From an uncultured bacterium (GTDB taxonomy: Bacteria; DUMJ01), in assembly GCA_937958695.1 (NCBI GenBank), contig CALGNK010000027.1, positions 44-64,043 on the forward strand: a stretch of DNA of 64,000 bases, given 5' to 3'. Position numbers and translations under genes: made by a program. The first letter of the stretch is position 1. Each line of letters starts with the position of its first letter. Below the pieces are notes generated by a model, which was not told the origin of the DNA, did no database searches, and was given only the letters and a program-made list of their open reading frames with translations. Positions 40,409 to 49,778 of the stretch are shown piece by piece.

Positions 40409-41910
40409 AGCCTCTCTCCTTTTAACTGTTCATCATATAACAATATCTCAGCTATCTCTTTAAACAACGGGGCTGCTGTATCAGAAGCCCACTTACTTAC
40501 TTTTGGCTCATCCAATATCACACCAATTATATATCTAGGAGAATAGGCTGGTAAATACCCCACAAAAGAAACGATATGTCTATCCATAGAATAACATCCA
40601 TCTATGACCTTCTGCGCAGTTCCAGTTTTACCTGCTATTTCTACCCCTTCTATTTTTGCTTTCTTACCAGTTCCATTCTCTACAACATTTACCAACATAT
40701 CGGTTATCTTTCTTGAGGTTTCAGAAGATATAACTTGGTTCAAACAATTATTACTGGACGTGGACTTAACGATTGTTGGTTTCACTATATATCCTCCATT
40801 TGCTATTGGAGCATAACTGGAAACTAACTGTAGAGCATTTACAGCTATCCCCTGACCAAAGCTATTCTGAGTAAGAGAAATGACATCTTTCCTGAGAGGA
40901 AGCATTCCGGATGTTTCACCAGCTATCTCTATGCCCAAGGGAGAGCCAAAACCAAACGAGGTAATATATCTATAGAAGATTTCTGTACCTATCTTCATCC
41001 CAACCTGAGCCATACCTATATTTGAAGAAACCTTGATGATCTCTTTCAGGGTCATATCATAAGACTCTACCTCATGAGGAGCATCTTTTATAGAAACTCC
41101 TTTAATTACAAAAGGTGGCTTACAGTTAAACTTTTCCTCTTCACCGACACACCTCTCCTCTAGGGCAATGGCAGCTACTACTGGTTTAAATGTCGAACCT
41201 GGCTCAAATATATCTTGGATAGCAAAATTTTTAGTCTGAGGAAAGTTTACCATTGCCAAGACTTCTCCAGTCCATGGAGACATAACTATAACAATAGCCT
41301 TATCAAATTTAAGGGATTCCTGACTATCCTCTAGTAGACCATATATCTTCGTCTGTAATATACTATCTATGCTGAGATAGATATCTTTTCCTCCCTTTAA
41401 TATGTTATCTAGGGCTAGCTCTACTCCACTTAAGCCATTATTATCAATATCAACGGTTCCTATAATCTCTCTTATATCATTACTTAGACATACACGTTTA
41501 TACTCTTCCTTCATAAAAAGCGCCCTTCTATTCAAAGATAAAAGCCTATTAGCAGTTTCTAAGTCCAACTTTCTCTCTATCCAAACAAATCTCAATTTCT
41601 CTTTTAATCTATCTATATAAACTTTAGGATCTTTATTTAATATACTTCCTATCTTATTGCCTAGTGTTACTGGATCATCCACCATATAAGGATCTGCAAA
41701 TATAGAATATCTCACTTCATTCATCACTATAACCTTGCCATTTCTATCATATATCCTTCCCCTTTCTACCTGAGTCTCCTCTGGTAGACATTCAAGTCCT
41801 AGCCTCAATCTCCAAATTACATGCCAGTAGAATAGCCCCAAACTTTCTATAATAAAAAACCCTATAAAAACTCCAATTAAGAACTTAACCCTACTAGTCC
41901 TCAATGCCAA
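40405..41910 (-). CDS. ftsI: Division-specific class B PBP (FtsI/SpoVD-type transpeptidase)
   Basis: N-terminal TM. STFKP, SSN and KTGTA motifs. Confidence 0.85.
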   Translation of the reverse strand: MALRTSRVKFLIGVFIGFFIIESLGLFYWHVIWRLRLGLECLPEETQVERGRIYDRNGKVIVMNEVRYSIFADPYMVDDPVTLGNKIGSILNKDPKVYIDRLKEKLRFVWIERKLDLETANRLLSLNRRALFMKEEYKRVCLSNDIREIIGTVDIDNNGLSGVELALDNILKGGKDIYLSIDSILQTKIYGLLEDSQESLKFDKAIVIVMSPWTGEVLAMVNFPQTKNFAIQDIFEPGSTFKPVVAAIALEERCVGEEEKFNCKPPFVIKGVSIKDAPHEVESYDMTLKEIIKVSSNIGMAQVGMKIGTEIFYRYITSFGFGSPLGIEIAGETSGMLPLRKDVISLTQNSFGQGIAVNALQLVSSYAPIANGGYIVKPTIVKSTSSNNCLNQVISSETSRKITDMLVNVVENGTGKKAKIEGVEIAGKTGTAQKVIDGCYSMDRHIVSFVGYLPAYSPRYIIGVILDEPKVSKWASDTAAPLFKEIAEILLYDEQLKGERL

Positions 41911-42269
41911 TCTTCAGGTAGTATAAGAACTCTATCGCTAGGTTGTAGATTTAGTCTCTTTCCTTCTTCTTTGAGTCGAAAAGGAGAAGTCAGTCTTTCT
42001 ACTTCTAATTTCAGGACTTCGTTCTTGATTGAAAGATTATCTATCGCCTCTTCTAGAGACCTTATCTCTTCTCTGTAAGATACAAGTCCATTATAGAGCC
42101 TTACCTGCAATAAACCTAAGGTAAGTATGCTAGTAAGTAATAGGACTAGAATAAAGGATGATCTTGCCCAAGGATATGTAGCCTTTTTTGGAATAATAAG
42201 CTGATGTTCCTGGGCTTTTTCTAATACTACATCTACATATAAGCTCTTTCTAGCTAAAACTTTACTCAT
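41901..42269 (-). CDS. ftsL: FtsL-like cell division protein
   Basis: 122 aa with a single TM followed by a coiled coil, between rsmH and ftsI. Confidence 0.6.
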   Translation of the reverse strand: MSKVLARKSLYVDVVLEKAQEHQLIIPKKATYPWARSSFILVLLLTSILTLGLLQVRLYNGLVSYREEIRSLEEAIDNLSIKNEVLKLEVERLTSPFRLKEEGKRLNLQPSDRVLILPEDWH

Positions 42270-43147
42270 AACTTCTCTAACCCCCTAAGTCTAGCGCTTC
42301 TTGCTCGCCTATTATTCAATATCTCTTCTCTACTTGGTTTTATGACAGATTTGGTAATAATTCTCTCTCTACTTTCCCTAAAAAAGTTCTTTACAATTCT
42401 ATCTTCTAAAGAATGGTAGGAAATAACACATAACCTTCCTTTTGATTTTAAAAGGGATAATGCCTGAATAAGAGCCTTCTTCAAATTTCCCAATTCATCA
42501 TTTATATATATTCTCAAAGCCATGAACGCTCTAGTAGCAGGATGTATTTTCCCTCTTCGCTTAACTACAGAACTAATTATCTCTGCTAATTCCTTAGTTG
42601 AAGATATCTCTTTCTTTTTTCTATATGCAACGATAGCATCTGCTATCTTATGGGCAAAAGGCTCCTCACCAAGATTTCTAAAGATACTCTCTAATTCTTC
42701 TAAAGAAAAGGTATTAATAACCTGATGAGCTGTTAAAGAGATATCAGGATCCATCCTCATATCTAATGGACCATCATTACTAAAACTGAAACCTCGCTCT
42801 GAATTTTCTAATTGTATAGAAGATATACCCAAATCAAAGAGAATCCCATCAAATCTTTCTATCCCTGTTTTAGAGATAAGTTCTGAAAGATTAGCGAAAT
42901 TTCCCAGAATAAGGGTAAATCTTCCTTTATACTCAGAGAGGACATTCTCCGCTTCACTTATAGCTATAGGATCCCTATCTATACCTACTAGATAACCATT
43001 AGGACTACTATGCTTTAGAATAGCCAGACTATGTCCTCCACCACCTAAGGTACAATCTAAATAAAAGCCTCCTGGTTTTACATCCATCAATTTTATCACT
43101 TCTTCTACCATTACAGGTTTATGGAGAAGTTTAGATTCCAATAGCAT
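42266..43147 (-). CDS. rsmH: 16S rRNA m4C1402 methyltransferase RsmH (MraW)
   Basis: DCTLGGGGHS SAM-binding motif. 293 aa. Confidence 0.9.
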   Translation of the reverse strand: MLLESKLLHKPVMVEEVIKLMDVKPGGFYLDCTLGGGGHSLAILKHSSPNGYLVGIDRDPIAISEAENVLSEYKGRFTLILGNFANLSELISKTGIERFDGILFDLGISSIQLENSERGFSFSNDGPLDMRMDPDISLTAHQVINTFSLEELESIFRNLGEEPFAHKIADAIVAYRKKKEISSTKELAEIISSVVKRRGKIHPATRAFMALRIYINDELGNLKKALIQALSLLKSKGRLCVISYHSLEDRIVKNFFRESRERIITKSVIKPSREEILNNRRARSARLRGLEKL

Positions 43148-43565
43148 TTATAGCATCTCCCATGCCCTTATAGAATTCTCTTGGGTCACCCAAATATTTG
43201 TCCCACAATTCGGCACTCCATACTTCTAGCCTATTAGAAACACCAATAATTACTACTTCCTTCTCTATCCTTGCATATTCTCGAAGATTTTTAGGTATAA
43301 GCAGTCTCCCCTGCGTATCTAATTCATCCTGAACAGCTCCTGAATACCAAAACCTCATAAATTTAAGGATATTGGGATTTGTTAAAGGTAAATTCCTCAG
43401 TTTTTCATCTATCCTATTCCACTCTGCCAAAGAAAAGATAAAGAGCGCATTATCAAACCCTCTAGTTATATAAAGGCCATCCTTCAATAGAGGTCTATAT
43501 CTAGAAGGAATTACAATCCTCCCTTTTTCATCTAAAGTATGTCTTACTTCCCCTGAAAATGTCAT
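43131..43565 (-). CDS. mraZ: Transcriptional regulator MraZ (start revised to ATG at 43565 from the track's GTG at 43592)
   Basis: MTFSGEVRHTLDEKGRIVIPSRYR matches the canonical MraZ N-terminus. Two MraZ half-domains are present. Confidence 0.85.
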   Translation of the reverse strand: MTFSGEVRHTLDEKGRIVIPSRYRPLLKDGLYITRGFDNALFIFSLAEWNRIDEKLRNLPLTNPNILKFMRFWYSGAVQDELDTQGRLLIPKNLREYARIEKEVVIIGVSNRLEVWSAELWDKYLGDPREFYKGMGDAINAIGI

Positions 43566-43568
43566 CCC

Positions 43569-43592
43569 CCACTTCTCTCCACTTTGAACCAC
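43569..43592 (-). promoter_or_regulatory. Three direct GTGG repeats at exact 10-bp phasing (MraZ-operator-like) immediately 5' of mraZ
   Basis: Plus-strand CCAC at 43569, 43579 and 43589 (reverse complement GTGGggg, GTGGa, GTGGt). A perfect TTGACA lies a little further upstream on the minus strand. Confidence 0.4.
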
Positions 43593-43654
43593 CTTTTTCT
43601 TATGTTACTACTTATGTGTCAAAATTTCAATAGGGGTAAACTCTGAAATATTTA

Positions 43655-43663
43655 TGTTATAAT
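43655..43663 (+). promoter_or_regulatory. Extended -10 (TGtTATAAT) for the divergent mrp-hslO transcript
   Basis: TGTTATAAT at 43655-43663. SD GGAGG at 43693-43697 precedes the ATG at 43705. Confidence 0.4.
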
Positions 43664-43704
43664 AGTTCTGTTGGATGTTTAGAAAGAAGATTGGAGGAAC
43701 TTTA

Positions 43705-44478
43705 ATGAATGAAAACATAAAACACAAGATTATAGTACTTAGTGGAAAAGGTGGCGTAGGGAAAAGTACTGTAGCGGTAAATATAGCAGTAGGGTTGGCT
43801 CTAAACGGTTTAGAAGTAGGGCTGATGGATATAGATATACATGGGCCTAATGTCCCAAAGATGCTAGGGATAGAAGGTGCTAAGATTCAAAGTAAGGATG
43901 GCAAGATTGTTCCAATAAATTATGGGGAAAACTTAAAGGTTATATCTATAGGGTTTCTTTTACCAAAACAGGACGATCCAATAATATGGAGAGGTCCATT
44001 AAAGACAAATCTGATAAGACAGTTTATAGAGCAGACAGACTGGGGAAATTTAGACTATCTCATTATAGACTCTCCTCCTGGGACTGGGGACGAACCTTTA
44101 TCTGTAATACAGCTGTTCAAAGGTTTAGATGGAGCGATAATAGTTACAACTCCACAAGAAGTTTCGCTCCAAGATGCAAGAAAAGCCATAAACTTTGCTA
44201 AAGCGTTGAATATACCGATCTTGGGAATGTTAGAAAATATGAGCGGATTTATCTGTCCAAATTGCGGAACAATCACTGAGATATTTAAGTCTGGCGGAGG
44301 AGAAAGAACTGCTCAAGAGATGAATGTTCCCTTTTTGGGTAAAATCCCTATAGAGCCTAATATTGCAATATCTTCTGATGAAGGAAAGCCTTACATCTAC
44401 TTTTACAGTCGTATGAAATCTTCAAATATATTTGAAGAGATTATTAATAAGATAAGAAATAACTTAGAGGCAAGATAG
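43705..44478 (+). CDS. apbC: Mrp/ApbC/NBP35-family Fe-S cluster carrier ATPase
   Basis: SGKGGVGKST deviant Walker A and a CPNCG motif. The start is moved from 43675 to 43705 on SD evidence. Confidence 0.85.
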   Translation: MNENIKHKIIVLSGKGGVGKSTVAVNIAVGLALNGLEVGLMDIDIHGPNVPKMLGIEGAKIQSKDGKIVPINYGENLKVISIGFLLPKQDDPIIWRGPLKTNLIRQFIEQTDWGNLDYLIIDSPPGTGDEPLSVIQLFKGLDGAIIVTTPQEVSLQDARKAINFAKALNIPILGMLENMSGFICPNCGTITEIFKSGGGERTAQEMNVPFLGKIPIEPNIAISSDEGKPYIYFYSRMKSSNIFEEIINKIRNNLEAR

Positions 44479-44481
44479 AAA

Positions 44482-45357
44482 ATGGAAGATTACTTAGTAA
44501 AGGCTGCATCTAATGATTTATCCTTTACAGTAAGTATAGCCATAACTACAGAACTTGTAGAAAAAGCCCGAGAGGTCCATGAGACTAGTAAACTAGCTAC
44601 AGCTGCATTGGGAAGAGCCTTAAGTCTTGTTGGAATAATGGGAACAGAGTTAGAGGGCAAACAAACAGTGAGTCTTCAAATCATATCCAATGGACCACTA
44701 AAGGGGCTATTTGTTCAATCTGACGCAAGTGGAAACGTTAGGGGATATATAAAGAATCCATATATAGAACTGCCACCAAACGAGATAGGTAATATTGACG
44801 TAGAAAGCGGAATAGGGAAATCAGGTTATCTATATATAGTAAAAGATTTAGGATTTGGAAGTCCATACATAGGTATCACTCCTCTTATAAAAGGCGGTAT
44901 AGCAACAGATTTAGCTCATTACTTTTATACATCAGAGCAGACACCTTCAGTAGTAGCAGCTGGAGCCTATATAGGACCTAGCGGCAGGGTTGAAGCTTCA
45001 GGAGGAATGATTGGACGTATACTACCAGGGACAGCAATAGATAAAATAGAATTATTAGAGAAAAGGTTAGAAAAACTTCCTCCGTTAAGCGAACTCATAC
45101 GGGAGTTTGAATCTATAGAATCAATATTGAAGATAATCTTTGAAGATATACCCTATATAATACTGGAGAAGAGAAGTATAAGGTATCACTGTCCCTGTTC
45201 TAGGGAACGAGCTAAGACTACACTAATACTTTTAGGAAAAGATGAACTTTCCTCTATAATAGAAGAAGGCTCTGCAGAGGTAACCTGTGTTTTCTGCGGA
45301 AGAAGATACTATTTTGATAAAGAGGAATTAGAAGAGATATTAGCATCTATCGAGTAA
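44482..45357 (+). CDS. hslO: Redox-regulated chaperone Hsp33
   Basis: C-terminal zinc centre HCPCSRE...CVFCGRRY. 291 aa. Confidence 0.85.
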   Translation: MEDYLVKAASNDLSFTVSIAITTELVEKAREVHETSKLATAALGRALSLVGIMGTELEGKQTVSLQIISNGPLKGLFVQSDASGNVRGYIKNPYIELPPNEIGNIDVESGIGKSGYLYIVKDLGFGSPYIGITPLIKGGIATDLAHYFYTSEQTPSVVAAGAYIGPSGRVEASGGMIGRILPGTAIDKIELLEKRLEKLPPLSELIREFESIESILKIIFEDIPYIILEKRSIRYHCPCSRERAKTTLILLGKDELSSIIEEGSAEVTCVFCGRRYYFDKEELEEILASIE

Positions 45358-48196
45358 CCTTAAGAATTATAGATCTTGAAAAATCATCCCATATTCCTAG
45401 ATTAACTATCTTTCCTGGAGAAAGGAGAGACTGTAGTTTCTTTACCGCAGAATCAATATCATAATGGCTCCATCTTCTAATGTCTATATCCCAGAACTTT
45501 ACAGTATAACCGAGTTTATGAACTATATCTAATAAATCTCTATTAAATTTGTTCTGCGGTGGTCTAAAAAGTTTTATCTCTTCGTTTAATATATCCTCAA
45601 AAACTTTTTCTGCTCTTTTCAGACTAGAAATTATATATTCTCTAGGATAAGTTGTATAGTCTATATAATACTCCCCTAATAGACCTATCTTGTATCCCTT
45701 AGTTATCATCTCTTTCACTACATCCTTATGATAGGCTATGGCTTCTGCAGTAAAGAAGAACGTTCCTTTCAATCCTAACCTATCGAATATCTCTAAAATA
45801 TCCCTAACTTCTTCCTTAGGGTATCTAATCTCGAGGGTATACTCTACATAACTAGAATCTGGATTGGAAAATATAACACTAACACTATTAAATTCCCAAG
45901 GAATCTCGTAAAGATAAGCCTTAAGTCTATAATATTCTATACTACCAATCTTTTTATAATTACTATCTAACCAAGTCTTAATCTTCCCTTTCGGATCTGA
46001 ACTATACTCACCAGCCATTATATACCATACCCTTTTATAAGAATAAGTCGCCCTATATACGTCTACTGGGACATTACCAAAACCATCGATAGTAATATGC
46101 GGTAATTTACCCCTATCATAGTAAATAAATGGTCTATACATCTGAGGCGCAGTTATCAAGACCATATCACCATTTAAAGCGTTAGAATGTATATAATTCA
46201 CTAATTTTCGCCAAGGGCGTGATATAAAATCAAGTCTATTATTATAGTTATAGATACCTAATGCATTTATACACATTATAACGAGTAATATTAGGATAAC
46301 TACTGGGTAAAACTTAAACCTTCTAATTCCCCTCGCTAATAATATAAAATATCCAATAACAAATGGGGAAAGATACCTAGCACTAAAGAAACTCTTATCT
46401 AAAGAAAATAGAATCAATAAGAGAAAAGGCACAAATATATACAGGAAAACCAGGACAAAGCCTCTTTTTTCTTTGTATGGTGGAAATAATCCAAATAAAA
46501 ATATAGCTAAAAATAGAAAGAAGAGATAATCTAGTAAATTACCCTTAGCAAATATACTACGGGCATAACCCAGATTTATCTCTAAAAAGGAGTTTTTTAT
46601 AACTTCTAGAGTAAGGCTCTGTTTTCCTTGATATACCTCTGGAGTTCTGCTTTTCAATATTACATACATCCATGGTAAAAAAGCCATCGCTATAATGAGT
46701 TGATAGATCATCCATCTTTTCAATGTTTCTCTTTCTCTAAATTTGACCCAAAGTATATATAGGTTTTGCAGAAGCACAAGAAATACAGAATAGATATGGG
46801 TGTATAGAGACAGGATATTTATAAAAACTATACCCAAAAGAGTTCTCTTTTCGGATCTACATTCATTAATACTCCATATATAGATTAGATATATTGAGAG
46901 AATAGAAAAAAATGTAAGTAAGGGATACATTCTAGCCTCTTGTGAGTAATAGAATTGGAATGGGGAAAGAGCAAATAAAAGAGAAGAGATTATAGCTGTT
47001 ACCTGGTCAAAAACCTTATTAGCGAAGAGATAGATAAGCGGTATGCTTATTGTACTAAAGATAGCAGAAAAAGACCTTAAAGCTATCTCAGAATCTCCGA
47101 ATAACGATATCCAAAAATGGATAAAGATAAAATACAATGGAGGGTGTATCCCTGTAGAAGCCCTATTTAAAACTATATCCCTTATACTGCTCCAGGCAAG
47201 GTTTACAGTAATAGCCTCATCAAGCCAGAGACTTCTTATACCTATATTATAAAATCTTAAAATTCCACCCAATACTGTTATAAATACTGGAACAAGTTTA
47301 TTGTTTGTTAAATTCTTATTTATTGGGAATAATCCCCACAGAGCAGGTAGAGCGGTATTAATCAAAAATATCAAAAATGCTAAATTAAATGCGACAGTAT
47401 CTGGTATTCCAAATCTACCTAAAAGTAAAATCGAAAATCCCTCCCTTACACCCAACCCTCCAACAGTTATAGGAATAAGGTTAGCTAGCATTACTAGAGG
47501 ATATGCAACAAAGATCCCAAGATTAAATGTGTAACCAAAAGCCCTAAGTAAGAAAAGGGCTTCAAAAAGAACAAGGACATAGCTAGCTAACGTAATGGTT
47601 AAACAGAAGAGGATAATTTTTATACTTAAATTTCTGAGACCTTCTAGGAATTGAGGATATCTTTTGAGTACTGGAAGTCTAAAAAGTATAACTAAGCATT
47701 TTGGTTTGAGGATAAAGAAAAGGAATCCAATAGTTACTAAGGTTATTAATATAAAGATATAAGGACCTAAGAAATACCAAATTCCACCTAAAGAAAGAAA
47801 AACTACTATTAGTAGGTCAAAAATCTTATCCCACAAAACCAAGCCTAAGCCTGCAAGTTTTTTATCATTTGGAATCCCAACTATTCGACCAACTTCTCCT
47901 ATCCTGCCTGGGGTTATTATACCTAAAGACATCCCAGACAGATATCCATCTATAGAGGATAAAAGAGAAACATTTGGGTCTAAATTCTTAATCAAAAGAT
48001 GCCATTTATATATCTTAAGAAGTGTAAATAAAAGGCCAATCAAAAAGGCTATAACAAAGAATAAAAGTCTAATCTTAGCAAAAGAGTTTAAAATGGAATC
48101 TAATGGTACCTTTTTAGAGATAAAATAGATTATATAAATGGTAACTAAGAGTTTAGTTAGATTTAACAGTAAGTTCCTTTTTCCCTTCAGCATCAT
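45347..48196 (-). CDS. Tripartite membrane protein: N-terminal flippase-like (LPG_synthase_TM/UPF0104) domain, GT-C glycosyltransferase (GT39/GT83, PMT/ArnT-like), C-terminal CE4/NodB-like domain with degenerate catalytic motifs
   Basis: Residues 1-300 are multi-TM with GxxGExGR-like motifs (ITPGRIGEVGR; TVGGLGVREG). The middle region has the first-loop acidic motif LWLDEAITV and many TM helices. The C-terminus has RLGLKGTFFFTAE (TFDDG replaced), LFRPPQNKF (RPPxG-like) and GYTVKFWDIDIRRW (DxxDW-like). Confidence 0.65.
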   Translation of the reverse strand: MMLKGKRNLLLNLTKLLVTIYIIYFISKKVPLDSILNSFAKIRLLFFVIAFLIGLLFTLLKIYKWHLLIKNLDPNVSLLSSIDGYLSGMSLGIITPGRIGEVGRIVGIPNDKKLAGLGLVLWDKIFDLLIVVFLSLGGIWYFLGPYIFILITLVTIGFLFFILKPKCLVILFRLPVLKRYPQFLEGLRNLSIKIILFCLTITLASYVLVLFEALFLLRAFGYTFNLGIFVAYPLVMLANLIPITVGGLGVREGFSILLLGRFGIPDTVAFNLAFLIFLINTALPALWGLFPINKNLTNNKLVPVFITVLGGILRFYNIGIRSLWLDEAITVNLAWSSIRDIVLNRASTGIHPPLYFIFIHFWISLFGDSEIALRSFSAIFSTISIPLIYLFANKVFDQVTAIISSLLFALSPFQFYYSQEARMYPLLTFFSILSIYLIYIWSINECRSEKRTLLGIVFINILSLYTHIYSVFLVLLQNLYILWVKFRERETLKRWMIYQLIIAMAFLPWMYVILKSRTPEVYQGKQSLTLEVIKNSFLEINLGYARSIFAKGNLLDYLFFLFLAIFLFGLFPPYKEKRGFVLVFLYIFVPFLLLILFSLDKSFFSARYLSPFVIGYFILLARGIRRFKFYPVVILILLVIMCINALGIYNYNNRLDFISRPWRKLVNYIHSNALNGDMVLITAPQMYRPFIYYDRGKLPHITIDGFGNVPVDVYRATYSYKRVWYIMAGEYSSDPKGKIKTWLDSNYKKIGSIEYYRLKAYLYEIPWEFNSVSVIFSNPDSSYVEYTLEIRYPKEEVRDILEIFDRLGLKGTFFFTAEAIAYHKDVVKEMITKGYKIGLLGEYYIDYTTYPREYIISSLKRAEKVFEDILNEEIKLFRPPQNKFNRDLLDIVHKLGYTVKFWDIDIRRWSHYDIDSAVKKLQSLLSPGKIVNLGIWDDFSRSIILKVTR

Positions 48197-49778
48197 ATCT
48201 TCTTATTATTTTTATCTCATTTTTCATTGGCTCTACTACATCAATAAATGTAGATAGGTCTTGTATCTGGAAATACCTAGAAGATGGGATATAGATATAT
48301 GGATTTTCAATTCCAACGATAAGCCTTTCTATATCCTCAGGAGAATTAACAGTATCTTCTATTGTAATACAGGTATCAGATATCTCTATATTTCTATTTA
48401 CCTGAATATCACTCCTAGATTTATATGTTATAAGCATCCTTCTAAGTAAGTTCTTTATCTTAAGGCTCAGAGATGTAAATCTTCCTAGTGTAAACTGGAA
48501 TAATCGAGAAAGTATAAATTCTTTAGATCCCATAGTCTTGTAAGATAGCTTTAACATATTGGTTTTAACTGATATTTTCCCTTCTCTTATGTTGAAGGTC
48601 TCTTCCTGCCTAAGCCATCCGCTAGAATAGAGATTATCTCCAATCTTTACAATAACTCCACTATCATTGATAGAAAGGCCACTTTTCCTAATAGTTAATC
48701 TAAATACTCCACCCTTTTTCAGGTTAGAGACAAAGTAGAAACTCTTATTACTTATGATAAGTAGCCCTGAATTCCTAAAGAATTTGTTAAACTCGCTTTC
48801 ATACAGAGGGGGTAATAGATTCCCATCATATATATCCATATGTGCCTGTAAGTACGTATATCCTATATAAGAGAGATACCTATCATCTAAATTATACGGA
48901 CCTATTGTCCCTCTTTTCTCTAAAGAATTCCTTAGTACAAAAGCTATTCTCCTTGCATTTTCGTTCCAATGGCTCGAATACTCTATCCCAGATGGTATTA
49001 TATATTTGGTATTTCTAGATCCATACTCTCCACCAAAGGTTCCATCTGGATGGATAAAATAGGCAAGAAATTCTAGCGCTTTATCTATCATATCCCTAGC
49101 TAATAAATCTTTTGATTTATAATGATACTTACAGAGATAATCTATAGCTAGAGATAGATATCCTATATCTGGTCCTCCATACTCAGGAAACCATCCTTCG
49201 CTATTTTGTCTCTCTCTTAATTGTTTTAACTTCCCAATAGCTCCATCCTCATACTTCTTCTCACCAGTAATAAGGTAAACATTATATAGCGCAGAAACAG
49301 AACCTGCCACTTGGTTACAGGCAGTAAAATCTGTATATGACAGTAACCAGTCGGAAGCCTTCTTAAGACCTATTACAACTTCATTATAAGAAGGAACTTC
49401 TCTACCAAGTATCAATAGTGCCTCTGAAACCGCATAAGTGGTAAAGGCAGTAGCAACAAAACTATGCTCATTTGGATACCATTCATTAAAAGAACCATCT
49501 TTATTCTGTATCTTGAGCCAGAATCTTAGTGCTCCATCTATCCAGCTAAAGATACTCTCTCTTTTATAATAGATATTGTTAGGGAAATCATATTCATAGA
49601 GTAAAACTAAAGTAAGAACAGCCTCTTGAAACCTAGAACAGGAAAAATCTACCACATTATAGTGCCAAAACTGCCTATCAAAAGAACCAAATGTTGGACT
49701 ATTGGGATTTTTGTCTAGTAAACCTAGTAACCTCGGTATCTCTTTTAGAATAACATCTAAATATACACTACTCTTCAA
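48153..49778 (-). CDS. Hypothetical cytoplasmic protein, possibly an (alpha/alpha)-toroid plus beta-sandwich (heparinase II/III-like) fold. Function unknown.
   Basis: 541 aa with no signal peptide. Helix-rich N-terminal half (NEWYPNEHSFVATAFTTYAV; GWFPEYGGPDIGYLSLAIDYL) and a beta-rich C-terminal half. Overlaps both flanking genes. Confidence 0.35.
   Translation of the reverse strand: MKSSVYLDVILKEIPRLLGLLDKNPNSPTFGSFDRQFWHYNVVDFSCSRFQEAVLTLVLLYEYDFPNNIYYKRESIFSWIDGALRFWLKIQNKDGSFNEWYPNEHSFVATAFTTYAVSEALLILGREVPSYNEVVIGLKKASDWLLSYTDFTACNQVAGSVSALYNVYLITGEKKYEDGAIGKLKQLRERQNSEGWFPEYGGPDIGYLSLAIDYLCKYHYKSKDLLARDMIDKALEFLAYFIHPDGTFGGEYGSRNTKYIIPSGIEYSSHWNENARRIAFVLRNSLEKRGTIGPYNLDDRYLSYIGYTYLQAHMDIYDGNLLPPLYESEFNKFFRNSGLLIISNKSFYFVSNLKKGGVFRLTIRKSGLSINDSGVIVKIGDNLYSSGWLRQEETFNIREGKISVKTNMLKLSYKTMGSKEFILSRLFQFTLGRFTSLSLKIKNLLRRMLITYKSRSDIQVNRNIEISDTCITIEDTVNSPEDIERLIVGIENPYIYIPSSRYFQIQDLSTFIDVVEPMKNEIKIIRRYDAEGKKELTVKSN

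Noticed and set aside
43566-43592. GTG start of mraZ as given by the ORF track.
   Set aside because: The conserved MraZ N-terminus (MTFSGEV...) begins at ATG 43565. The extra 9 codons coincide with the phased GTGG repeats, which are more plausibly an operator or RBS region.
43675-43704. ATG 43675 as the mrp start.
   Set aside because: It has no SD. A strong GGAGG precedes ATG 43705, which gives the canonical Mrp N-terminus just before the Walker A.
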